Position numbers and translations under genes: made by a program. Shown piece after piece: positions 34,626-41,273 of a stretch of DNA of 41,273 bases. Source of the DNA: Escherichia phage vB_EcoS_fTaEco01; the sequence record MT711527.1; one strand, written 5' to 3'. Within the stretch, counting starts at the first letter, position 1. Each line of letters starts with the position of its first letter. The notes below the pieces were generated by a model. That model was not told the DNA's origin and searched no databases. It worked only from the letters and a program-made list of their open reading frames with translations.

Positions 34626-34825
34626 GAGCTTGTGAAGTATGAACAAGCGACCGCGGCGCGCGGCAGGCGAAACGAGCACGTGTAACGTGTGGAGTGAGGC
34701 TCGCTGGCGCGTTTGGGAGGCCCAAAGTCTATTGTAATTCCCGCCTAATTATCTAAGTTACTGATTTGCCGTAGGTTAGAACCGCCAGCTCACTCACTCA
34801 CTCTTGGTGCCTTCGGCACCACGTT
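34626..34825 (+). ncRNA. candidate structured leader / small RNA (copy B of duplicated element)
   Basis: 38-nt core at 34623-34660 identical to 4452-4489; short hairpin GGTGCC-TTC-GGCACC at 34806-34820; no conserved ORF. Confidence 0.3.
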
Positions 34826-34887
34826 CGTTTCGTTTCGCTCGCTACCCCCTTAAACGAAAGAATCACAACGGCAACGTAACTAATCTC

Positions 34888-34916
34888 TTGCACACCCCAA
34901 CATAATAGGATACTAT
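34888..34916 (+). promoter_or_regulatory. promoter (TTGCAC-17 nt-TACTAT) for rightward small-gene cluster
   Basis: TTGCAC-ACCCCAACATAATAGGA-TACTAT. Confidence 0.5.
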
Positions 34917-34950
34917 TCACTTATCGAAACGAGACAGAGGAGTGAGGGTT

Positions 34951-35136
34951 ATGTTTAAACGTGGTCAGTTGGTTAAATGCGCCGACGATAAACACGGCAT
35001 AATTGAATTAAAATCTGCTTTATTTCCAGGAAAGTACGTAGTTACCGTGCAAAATGTGAGAGGAGTAAATTCACAAATATACGTAGCGGAGGAGAACTTA
35101 AAACTCATCGGCAACAATTTTAAATTTAAAGGGTGA
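34951..35136 (+). CDS. hypothetical protein
   Basis: GAGGAG RBS 8 nt upstream of ATG. Confidence 0.5.
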   Translation: MFKRGQLVKCADDKHGIIELKSALFPGKYVVTVQNVRGVNSQIYVAEENLKLIGNNFKFKG

Positions 35137-35140
35137 AGTG

Positions 35141-35341
35141 ATGGAAGAATTATTTGAAGAACTGAAACATCATGATTTCGAGGAAATATATTTCGTAGCT
35201 GAACGCTACGAGGTGCATTTATCGGACGGTATAACGGTTATTACATCTACCAGCGAGCGAATGTTAAATAGCTTACGAGCAATACGAACGGCATCGAATC
35301 ATGATGCTTGTGCCGACGACGCTGAGGGAGGTTGCCGTTAA
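35141..35341 (+). CDS. hypothetical protein
   Basis: Acidic 66-aa ORF tightly spaced after upstream gene. Confidence 0.45.
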   Translation: MEELFEELKHHDFEEIYFVAERYEVHLSDGITVITSTSERMLNSLRAIRTASNHDACADDAEGGCR

Positions 35342-35520
35342 TGCGAATCCGTATAACTGACCGCAGGCTTGTCCGTATAACTGACCGCAGGCTTATAGAT
35401 TTCGGTATCTCGGTAGGTGATGTTTTTCCGGCGTTCAGCATCAACCATTATGGTTTTATGATTGAGTACAAAGGGTCGTTATTGTTCGTGTATCGGGATG
35501 AATGTGAGGTTCTGGTATGA
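35341..35520 (+). CDS. hypothetical protein containing an in-frame tandem repeat
   Basis: 59-aa ORF (TAATG overlap) encoding RITDRRLVRITDRRLI from a 23-nt tandem duplication. Confidence 0.4.
   Translation: MRIRITDRRLVRITDRRLIDFGISVGDVFPAFSINHYGFMIEYKGSLLFVYRDECEVLV
35348..35394 (+). repeat. tandem direct repeat, two 23-nt copies with 24-nt period
   Basis: TCCGTATAACTGACCGCAGGCTT at 35348-35370 and 35372-35394. Confidence 0.8.
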
Positions 35521-35672
35521 GAGAAGCATTTGAACGGTGGGCTGTGGTCGAGGGTCTGCCGGTTAACAAGGGTTCAAAGAAAGAGTACCTGAACGTTAAG
35601 ACGCGTCTCGCGTGGCGGGCGTGGAAAGCTGGTGTGCAATCCTTGATTGAAAGAGGTGTGAGGTATGGGTGA
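35517..35672 (+). CDS. hypothetical small protein (51 aa)
   Basis: ATGA coupling at both ends. Confidence 0.35.
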   Translation: MREAFERWAVVEGLPVNKGSKKEYLNVKTRLAWRAWKAGVQSLIERGVRYG

Positions 35673-35865
35673 GTGGATTAAGTGTAGTGAGATGCTGCCG
35701 GGTAATGGGTATACGGATAAAGAGTTCCTGGTGTATGAAACGTTAAATAACGCAGTTCAGCACGATTATTACATAGTTCCTGATGACGGGAGAAAGCCTT
35801 TCTGGAATCACTACGATAAGTACGTGACGCACTGGATGCCGTTACCCGAGCCGCCAGAAGTGTGA
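35665..35865 (+). CDS. DUF551-like hypothetical protein
   Basis: C-terminal VTHWMPLPEPPEV signature; paralogous to 30185-30442. Confidence 0.5.
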   Translation: MGEWIKCSEMLPGNGYTDKEFLVYETLNNAVQHDYYIVPDDGRKPFWNHYDKYVTHWMPLPEPPEV

Positions 35866-35999
35866 TGTTCAATAGTTTGGGATTTTACTGAGTGACTTAC
35901 GCTGCTACACAGCAGCGTACAACTTTAACTTAGTGTCGTCAAAAGGCGACACTTTCATCAAACGCAACAATCGAAGCGACTATTGCAGGAGATGCAACA

Positions 36000-36173
36000 A
36001 TGATTACTAAAGAACAGGCTGAACGACTAATCACGTTAATCGACACGATGGTTGATGCGAAAACCGATTTAGCAACGGCGACAGAGGAATCCGCTACCTG
36101 GTCGCTTGAAGAAAGAGAGGCAGAAGCGGAAAGGGAGTTACTGGCGTTCATCGACTCTATAACACACCAATAA
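36000..36173 (+). CDS. hypothetical small acidic protein (57 aa)
   Basis: AGGAG RBS 9 nt upstream of ATG. Confidence 0.35.
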   Translation: MITKEQAERLITLIDTMVDAKTDLATATEESATWSLEEREAEAERELLAFIDSITHQ

Positions 36174-36180
36174 AATTTAC

Positions 36181-36209
36181 TTGCACACTAAGATAGAATA
36201 GGCTACTAT
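36181..36209 (+). promoter_or_regulatory. promoter (TTGCAC-17 nt-TACTAT)
   Basis: TTGCAC-ACTAAGATAGAATAGGC-TACTAT. Confidence 0.45.
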
Positions 36210-36240
36210 TCATTTACACAAACGAGAGGAGAGACAGAAT

Positions 36241-36369
36241 ATGAAAGATTATAGCGAAGTAACTTTAGGTGAGTTGCAGGACGAGTACGAAGATATGCTC
36301 TACCCGTTCATCTGCGACGGGGACTACAACGGCGTCTATAACGGGGTGAGCGAAGAATATGAACACTAA
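36241..36369 (+). CDS. hypothetical small protein (42 aa)
   Basis: GAGGAG RBS; overlaps start of next gene. Confidence 0.35.
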   Translation: MKDYSEVTLGELQDEYEDMLYPFICDGDYNGVYNGVSEEYEH

Positions 36370-36907
36370 AAACGAAATATTCGAGTACCTGATCGACCAG
36401 CTACGGCAGCAGGTAAATAACAGCCGGAGCGAAGACCTGGCTCATGAGGTGCAGTCACTTAAGAATCAGTTACGTGATGCTTCGGCGCAGATTAAGGAGT
36501 TACATATGGCGCTGGCTACCGCCACCGGGGATGTAGAGGCTTACAAACTTGTGCGTAAGGGTGGGTACATTTCTAGGGGCCAGAGCTACGTGGTTGGCGA
36601 ACATGTGCCCGGGCCAACGGTAAATTGTCGGTGCACCCAGACGCCTGTACCGCCGGAGCAATCTGGTTGCCGTAAAGAAGATACCCAGGAATGCGAGCAC
36701 TCTTGGATTATTATGCCTGGGTTGTTTCTCAGCGAAGGCAATCCGAACAACGTTCCTGGTAGCGAGCTTTGCTCTAAATGTGGTAAACGTGAGTGGGACG
36801 ACAAGGAATATAAACCGAAAAACGATACTCAGGAATGTGATCATGATTGGGTTCTTGATGCCGACGAGGATTATTTTGTGTGCCGCAGATGTGGAGAGAC
36901 GACATGA
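36359..36907 (+). CDS. hypothetical protein with Cys-rich C-terminal half (possible zinc-ribbon)
   Basis: 182 aa; paired Cys motifs CRC, CRKEDTQEC, CSKCGK, CRRCGE. Confidence 0.45.
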   Translation: MNTKNEIFEYLIDQLRQQVNNSRSEDLAHEVQSLKNQLRDASAQIKELHMALATATGDVEAYKLVRKGGYISRGQSYVVGEHVPGPTVNCRCTQTPVPPEQSGCRKEDTQECEHSWIIMPGLFLSEGNPNNVPGSELCSKCGKREWDDKEYKPKNDTQECDHDWVLDADEDYFVCRRCGETT

Positions 36908-37107
36908 CCAGCATCTTATTTATCTGGGTGCTAACTGCGGGCCAGATGCAACTAGCGGCATCAGAAACGTTTTATTCGATGGGGGCGTGCCAGTCAGCGG
37001 CACGCGCCGCAGAGAACGCACACTTCCTGTTTCAGGGCGACAAGCCCAACGATTCAGAGGTACGCGCTATCTGCTCACCTAAGCGACTTGGCAATCAGGA
37101 GAAGTGA
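36904..37107 (+). CDS. hypothetical protein with N-terminal hydrophobic segment
   Basis: ATGA-coupled; MTSILFIWVLTAGQ start. Confidence 0.4.
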   Translation: MTSILFIWVLTAGQMQLAASETFYSMGACQSAARAAENAHFLFQGDKPNDSEVRAICSPKRLGNQEK

Positions 37108-37109
37108 TT

Positions 37110-37289
37110 ATGGTACAGAGATATTTATTACAAGGCGGTTTTGTCGCCCCGTATGATGAAGGACACTGGGTATTATATAACGATTACGAGAAACTCGAAG
37201 CTGAGTTACAGAAATACAAAGACCAGTTCCCGGATTACGTAGAGTGCGAGAACTGTGGGTCAATTACACATGTGGAAGGGGTGGAGTGA
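37110..37289 (+). CDS. hypothetical small protein (MVQRY paralogue 1)
   Basis: Begins MVQRY and shares ..Y.DYEKLE.. with the next ORF. Confidence 0.45.
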   Translation: MVQRYLLQGGFVAPYDEGHWVLYNDYEKLEAELQKYKDQFPDYVECENCGSITHVEGVE

Positions 37290-37468
37290 TGGTGCAGAGA
37301 TACGAAAACGACCACGGCGATATGTTTCAGGCCACGGAAGGTGATTTTGTCCGCTATGAAGATTACGCGAAACTGGAGCGCAAACTGCGTAACTTCGCCG
37401 ACCAGGTATTGTACGCGCCTTGTTCGAAAGTTACCGAAGAAATGGCCTGCGAGATTCTCGGAATATGA
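37289..37468 (+). CDS. hypothetical small protein (MVQRY paralogue 2)
   Basis: TGATG overlap with paralogue 1. Confidence 0.45.
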   Translation: MVQRYENDHGDMFQATEGDFVRYEDYAKLERKLRNFADQVLYAPCSKVTEEMACEILGI

Positions 37469-37758
37469 GCCTGGCAACTGACATCCTGAAACGAAGCGGC
37501 CTTGCGCCGCTGTCACCGAGAGCTAAAACACAGATATACAAGCGCCGCCGTAACGCGCTGTACCCTGAGATTCAGGCCCGACGCAAAGCTATCAGCGCCT
37601 GTGGCTTCCAGAACGGGAAGGCCGTGAATCTCGGTGAGTTCAAAACACAGGAACGTGCAGCTATAGCTAATCGGTTATTTAATTACTGGAAATCGCTTGG
37701 ATACGATGATATTCCGACGAAACCACAGAGACGACAATACATCTGGAGACATAAATAA
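37465..37758 (+). CDS. hypothetical basic protein
   Basis: 97-aa ORF, ATGA-coupled. Confidence 0.4.
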   Translation: MSLATDILKRSGLAPLSPRAKTQIYKRRRNALYPEIQARRKAISACGFQNGKAVNLGEFKTQERAAIANRLFNYWKSLGYDDIPTKPQRRQYIWRHK

Positions 37759-37833
37759 ACCGTTATTAAGATAATTCCTAACCGTGCTATCCTCCAGTTA
37801 CTGCATACTTAATACGCACCTGGAGGATTCATC

Positions 37834-38142
37834 TTGGATAAATTTACTGAAACAGTGACGGGGTGGCTTCTCGCTGCCGCGCTCGCCGGAGGGGTCATCG
37901 GACTACGACAACATAAGTCCGTTATTTCTGGCCCTATCGACGGATTCTGCTTTATTGCTACTGGTTTCGCCTGCGCTGTATTTGGCGCACCTCTCGCGGC
38001 TCAATGGTTCGGTATCACGGGCGACCGTGAAATCGCTGGCCTTGGCTTCATCATCGCTATTCTCTGGATGCCTATCTATTCCCGTCTCTCCAGTATCGTC
38101 GCTGGAGAATACATCGCGCGTCGAGGAGGCACAGATGAATGA
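37834..38142 (+). CDS. holin-like membrane protein (TTG start)
   Basis: 102 aa with about three hydrophobic helices; GGAGGA RBS 6 nt before TTG; directly upstream of endolysin. Confidence 0.5.
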   Translation: MDKFTETVTGWLLAAALAGGVIGLRQHKSVISGPIDGFCFIATGFACAVFGAPLAAQWFGITGDREIAGLGFIIAILWMPIYSRLSSIVAGEYIARRGGTDE

Positions 38143-38407
38143 GTTATTCTGGTTCGGCGGTATGCTGGCAATCGGCGGCACATCGCTGTTTAATGTATAC
38201 CATCCGAGCGTGGATGACGGGCTATTTGGTCGGGTGCTCTATATCCTGACTGCTATCGTCTGCGCTGCCGGATGTATCCACCTGTTACAGGGCAGCATGT
38301 CACCAACGCTGCCTGAGACATTAATCACATTAGTTGCGCTGCGCCAGATTCGCCAGGCGTGGCTGTCATACGGAGGGCATAAGCGTGTCTCGAAACATTT
38401 CAGATAA
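38135..38407 (+). CDS. second small membrane protein of lysis cassette (holin/antiholin-like)
   Basis: GAGGAGG RBS; two hydrophobic helices; overlaps neighbours. Confidence 0.4.
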   Translation: MNELFWFGGMLAIGGTSLFNVYHPSVDDGLFGRVLYILTAIVCAAGCIHLLQGSMSPTLPETLITLVALRQIRQAWLSYGGHKRVSKHFR

Positions 38408-38873
38408 TGGATTGCATTTTACCGCCGCATGGGAGACTTTCTGCGGAACTGCGTATCGTGCTACGCCGAACGAGAAGTACCTGACTATTGGTTATGGTCA
38501 CTACGGGCCAGACGTAACACCAGGTAAGACCATCACACCAGGACAGGGCTTGCTGTTACTGAATCGCGATATGGCTAAGGCTGTAGCTGCTGTTGACGCA
38601 GCAGCACACCATTCTCTTACACAGGCACAGTTCGATGCGGTGTGTGACCTGGTCTATAACGCAGGTGCTGGTGTGATAGCAGCTACTACCGGAACCGGTA
38701 AGGCGCTGCGTTCGGGTGATATTACGACGCTGCGGGCTAAGCTGGCGCTGTTCATCAACCAGAACGGCAAACCGTTACTTGGCCTGCGTCGCCGTACCGC
38801 AGGACGTCTGGCATTGTTCGACGGTAAACCGTGGCAGGAGGCTGAGGCTATTGGGCGCGCGGTGAAAGGTTGA
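38385..38873 (+). CDS. endolysin, lysozyme-like (glycoside hydrolase family 24-like)
   Basis: AWETFCG...YLTIGYGHYG resembles the catalytic Glu ... TIGxGH region of phage lysozymes; GTG 38385 with GGAGGG RBS preferred, TTG 38334 possible. Confidence 0.65.
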   Translation: MSRNISDNGLHFTAAWETFCGTAYRATPNEKYLTIGYGHYGPDVTPGKTITPGQGLLLLNRDMAKAVAAVDAAAHHSLTQAQFDAVCDLVYNAGAGVIAATTGTGKALRSGDITTLRAKLALFINQNGKPLLGLRRRTAGRLALFDGKPWQEAEAIGRAVKG

Positions 38874-38939
38874 CACCTAAGACTAATCCGACGATACTTA
38901 AATCACCTCCTGTTCCATCCCTCTGCTCTCCAGTTTTAT

Positions 38940-38970
38940 CCCGGCCCTGACCCAGCCGGGATTTTTTTTT
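38940..38970 (+). terminator. strong rho-independent terminator
   Basis: CCCGGC stem with 9-nt loop and GCCGGG, followed by nine consecutive T. Confidence 0.75.
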
Positions 38971-38992
38971 ATCTATCTTCCGCAATGACTAG

Positions 38993-39021
38993 TTGACTAT
39001 TACTCTCACACCAATTATATT
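38993..39021 (+). promoter_or_regulatory. sigma70-like promoter (TTGACT-17 nt-TATATT)
   Basis: Hexamers with 17-nt spacer downstream of the strong terminator. Confidence 0.45.
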
Positions 39022-39054
39022 TACTCCATCGACAACGAGAACGGAGTAGAGAAA

Positions 39055-39204
39055 ATGAAAATCACAGACATCGAAGCATTCAAAGACGCACAACTGATGG
39101 CACGCATCGCCGTTAGTAACCTGAGCAACAGCATTCCTGCGGACGCGTTCTGGTTCGCTGCGATGCAGACACTTAAAGCAGCTTACGCAGGAGAGAAGAA
39201 ATGA
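39055..39204 (+). CDS. hypothetical small protein (49 aa)
   Basis: GGAG RBS; first ORF after promoter. Confidence 0.35.
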   Translation: MKITDIEAFKDAQLMARIAVSNLSNSIPADAFWFAAMQTLKAAYAGEKK

Positions 39205-39359
39205 GCGAGTCAGAAGGAAATATCACGACACCATCCGCCGGGAAGAAAGTCAACCGCACCCCGTTCCCGACACGAGAGGAACTGATGAAACGTAACAGTT
39301 TCCCTGGGCCGGACAAGAACAAGTATCTTAATCGCATGTGGGGAGAGCGTAAAGAATGA
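39201..39359 (+). CDS. hypothetical small protein (52 aa)
   Basis: ATGA coupling. Confidence 0.35.
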   Translation: MSESEGNITTPSAGKKVNRTPFPTREELMKRNSFPGPDKNKYLNRMWGERKE

Positions 39360-39541
39360 CTGACCGCGAATACGAAAAGATGATGGTAGAGGCTGTTAAC
39401 GGCGGCGTAGACATCGGACACGTGATGCACGTCCTGAATACTAAAATCGCGGTAGCTGAGCAAATGGTTGAGTCGCTTTATGAGACGCGCCGTGAACTGA
39501 TTAACCGCTTCAACCTGAACAAAGGTGACACCAATGCCTAA
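39356..39541 (+). CDS. hypothetical protein
   Basis: 61-aa ORF, ATGA-coupled. Confidence 0.45.
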   Translation: MTDREYEKMMVEAVNGGVDIGHVMHVLNTKIAVAEQMVESLYETRRELINRFNLNKGDTNA

Positions 39542-39782
39542 AATCACAATCGCATCGCTCGAGCGCCGTATTCTGGTGCTTGAGTCGGAGAAACAGACGT
39601 TAGGCGGGCAACTGTCAATTAACGGTGAGTACCAGTTAGCCGCATTTAAGGTTCTTCTCATGTTGTTGAGAGGAGAAGAGGAAAAGATGAACGCCTGCGA
39701 GCATGATTACCGCCTGCATTTAGTTGATGGGGTGCATCGAGTCACATGCTTAAAATGCGGTAAAGCGTATGAAGTCGCCTGA
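39534..39782 (+). CDS. hypothetical protein with C-terminal CxxC...CxxC-like motif
   Basis: ATG 39534 preferred over GTG 39525; ACEHDY...CLKCGK. Confidence 0.4.
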   Translation: MPKITIASLERRILVLESEKQTLGGQLSINGEYQLAAFKVLLMLLRGEEEKMNACEHDYRLHLVDGVHRVTCLKCGKAYEVA

Positions 39783-39951
39783 ACCGGTAGTTATTGATGG
39801 CGTCCTGTGGAAACCTTACTCGGTTAACCACATCGACGCCGACGGGAAGAAGTTCAGCTTCTACATTTTTGCAATTAGCCGTGAGCACGCCGCCTGTGTG
39901 GTCGATGATATACGAGAAACGGCGTGGCTTGGCGATGAGATAGTGGGGTAA
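39769..39951 (+). CDS. hypothetical protein
   Basis: 60-aa ORF overlapping upstream gene. Confidence 0.4.
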   Translation: MKSPEPVVIDGVLWKPYSVNHIDADGKKFSFYIFAISREHAACVVDDIRETAWLGDEIVG

Positions 39952-39953
39952 GT

Positions 39954-40124
39954 ATGTTCAGTGACATTAACGCGGCAATCGAAGAAGCAATCTGGCGTCG
40001 CTACAACGGCGAGCAACAACGGCACTTCTGCCTGGTGCAGCGCGGTAACGTGATTGCCGTGGTACAGGACCGCGATAGTAAATATCCGAATGCGATGTGG
40101 ACAACGAGGAATTTCTTAGGATGA
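39954..40124 (+). CDS. hypothetical small protein (56 aa)
   Basis: Tightly spaced, co-oriented. Confidence 0.35.
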   Translation: MFSDINAAIEEAIWRRYNGEQQRHFCLVQRGNVIAVVQDRDSKYPNAMWTTRNFLG

Positions 40125-40357
40125 TTACCAGCATTCCGAACCTGATTAAAGAATTCGGCACGATGGCGGAGACATGCCGACAAACCGGCATCAACGAGAT
40201 GACGATTGCCAAGTACAGCAAAGACGTTAACTGCGAGCGCCATGTAATTTATAACAACCGTCTGATGACGCACGTTAAGACAAGCCCGGTGTTATTCACG
40301 CGCCGGGGTATCACTAAAACGGAGCAACGTATTGCTAAAGAGGAGAGTGGGGAATGA
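40121..40357 (+). CDS. hypothetical protein, possible DNA-binding
   Basis: ATGA-coupled; ATG 40121 preferred over ORF-track start 40097. Confidence 0.4.
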   Translation: MITSIPNLIKEFGTMAETCRQTGINEMTIAKYSKDVNCERHVIYNNRLMTHVKTSPVLFTRRGITKTEQRIAKEESGE

Positions 40358-40512
40358 TTAGTATTCTGGAGTTCATCGACGACCAAGTTTGGTACGAGCC
40401 AGAGTTAAATAAGTATTCAGTTAATGGGAAAATATTTCGGCGCAAAGGCCAGGCAGAGCGTTACGCAGCTAAACTATACCGTCAGCTTGTCAAGGATGGT
40501 TTCTTCAAATGA
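40354..40512 (+). CDS. hypothetical small protein (52 aa)
   Basis: ATGA-coupled; followed by terminator. Confidence 0.35.
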   Translation: MISILEFIDDQVWYEPELNKYSVNGKIFRRKGQAERYAAKLYRQLVKDGFFK

Positions 40513-40613
40513 GACTACTAATCATCCCTAACGCCCGGGCCATTCCCGTAGCTAACGACCATTACGGCGGCGACGGTAAAAGAGCACCACGCCACGGCCT
40601 ATACAACTGATAC

Positions 40614-40637
40614 AAGCCCTCTACCGAGGGCTTTTCT
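40614..40637 (+). terminator. rho-independent terminator
   Basis: AGCCCTC-TACC-GAGGGCT followed by TTTTCT. Confidence 0.55.
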
Positions 40638-40731
40638 GTACATCCTGCCCAATCACCCTATATAATCCCTTTAGACGCGTAGGGCGCGTCTGGTGCGCTC
40701 TGATGGTCAGACGCATATGCAAGGGGATTAT

Positions 40732-41273
40732 ATGAAGCTGAAACTCAAGCAGCCATCGCCAGAGGTGGTGCAAGCTGCACATGAAGAAGCTGTTAGCGCA
40801 AACCGCCGACGTAAACGACCGCGTGGGAAACAGAGCCTTTATCAATCGTCCCGTAATTCCGCCGCGTTGTGGGACCCGGACTATTGCGACGCGTTAATCG
40901 AGTTCTTCGACCGTACGTCGTGGGAACTTGTGCCTACGTCCAAGGGTGACGAACGTCCGCTGATTCAGGATAAACCGCCGTCACTGGCCCGCTTCGCCTC
41001 ACACATCGGCGTAACTATCCCGATTATTAAGCTGTGGCTGCGTGAGATTCCCGCATTTGCAGAAGCCTATGAAACAGCACAGGCGCTGGAAGAGGCATAT
41101 TTCACTGAGACAGGGGCCGCGGGCATCTCTGCTACGTTCGCCGCAGCTAAACTGGGCCTCGGTAAAGAGAAACCAGTCGAATCCACCGAAGAAACGGCAC
41201 CGACTGAGATTATTTTTAGTGTTGCAGAGCCTGTAGGTAAAATTGTAACAACGAATATGGGTGAGGTAGAGGA
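40732..41273 (+). CDS. 3'-truncated ORF (at least 180 aa, runs off window); candidate terminase small subunit
   Basis: AAGGGGA RBS; no stop before window end; basic N-terminus; if the genome is circularly permuted it would sit directly upstream of the large terminase at position 1; not in ORF track because it lacks a stop. Confidence 0.35.
   Translation, partial: MKLKLKQPSPEVVQAAHEEAVSANRRRKRPRGKQSLYQSSRNSAALWDPDYCDALIEFFDRTSWELVPTSKGDERPLIQDKPPSLARFASHIGVTIPIIKLWLREIPAFAEAYETAQALEEAYFTETGAAGISATFAAAKLGLGKEKPVESTEETAPTEIIFSVAEPVGKIVTTNMGEVE

Noticed and set aside
1-41273. tRNA genes, CRISPR arrays, integrase or attachment site
   Set aside because: Looked for T-loop-like GGTTCGAATCC motifs in intergenic regions, regularly spaced direct repeats, and tyrosine or serine recombinase-like ORFs; none seen. 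The only tandem repeat (35348-35394) has two copies without spacers and lies in a coding region.

Overview
The window reads as a nearly complete genome of a tailed dsDNA phage (siphovirus-like layout), tightly packed with genes in three strand-coherent blocks. (1) 1-22,722, + strand: packaging, head and tail genes (large terminase, portal, head-morphogenesis protein, overlapped Rz/Rz1-like spanins, scaffold, major capsid, connectors, major tail, tail chaperone pair, tape measure, distal tail proteins, and a 984-aa tailspike with sialidase-type Asp-boxes and a C-terminal intramolecular-chaperone domain). This block is interrupted at 10,225-12,679 by a minus-strand accessory cassette. (2) 22,751-34,483, - strand: replication/recombination genes (SNF2-like helicase, short C5-cytosine methyltransferase, VRR-NUC nuclease, family-A DNA polymerase, SSB-like protein, Cas4-like PD-(D/E)xK nuclease, primase/helicase, HTH regulators), with one + strand XRE-type regulator at 31,401-31,616. 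(3) 34,951-40,512, + strand: many small early genes and a holin/endolysin cassette, followed by a 3'-truncated ORF at 40,732-41,273 that may be the small terminase. No tRNA, CRISPR array or integrase was found. The most interesting candidate is the accessory cassette: a superinfection-immunity-like membrane protein, an HTH-fused calcineurin-type metallophosphoesterase, and a split T4-Pnkp-like pair (HAD 3'-phosphatase plus P-loop kinase), apparently driven by an early-type promoter; I interpret it as a possible nucleic-acid end-healing/counter-defence module. Other notable signals: two copies of a strong promoter followed by a 38-nt identical leader element, two families of near-identical promoters sharing an ACTATTC core, a probable -1 frameshift in the tail chaperone, and a hairpin that occludes the holin ribosome-binding site. 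All protein calls rest on motif recognition and gene order by eye; no alignments or database searches were run.
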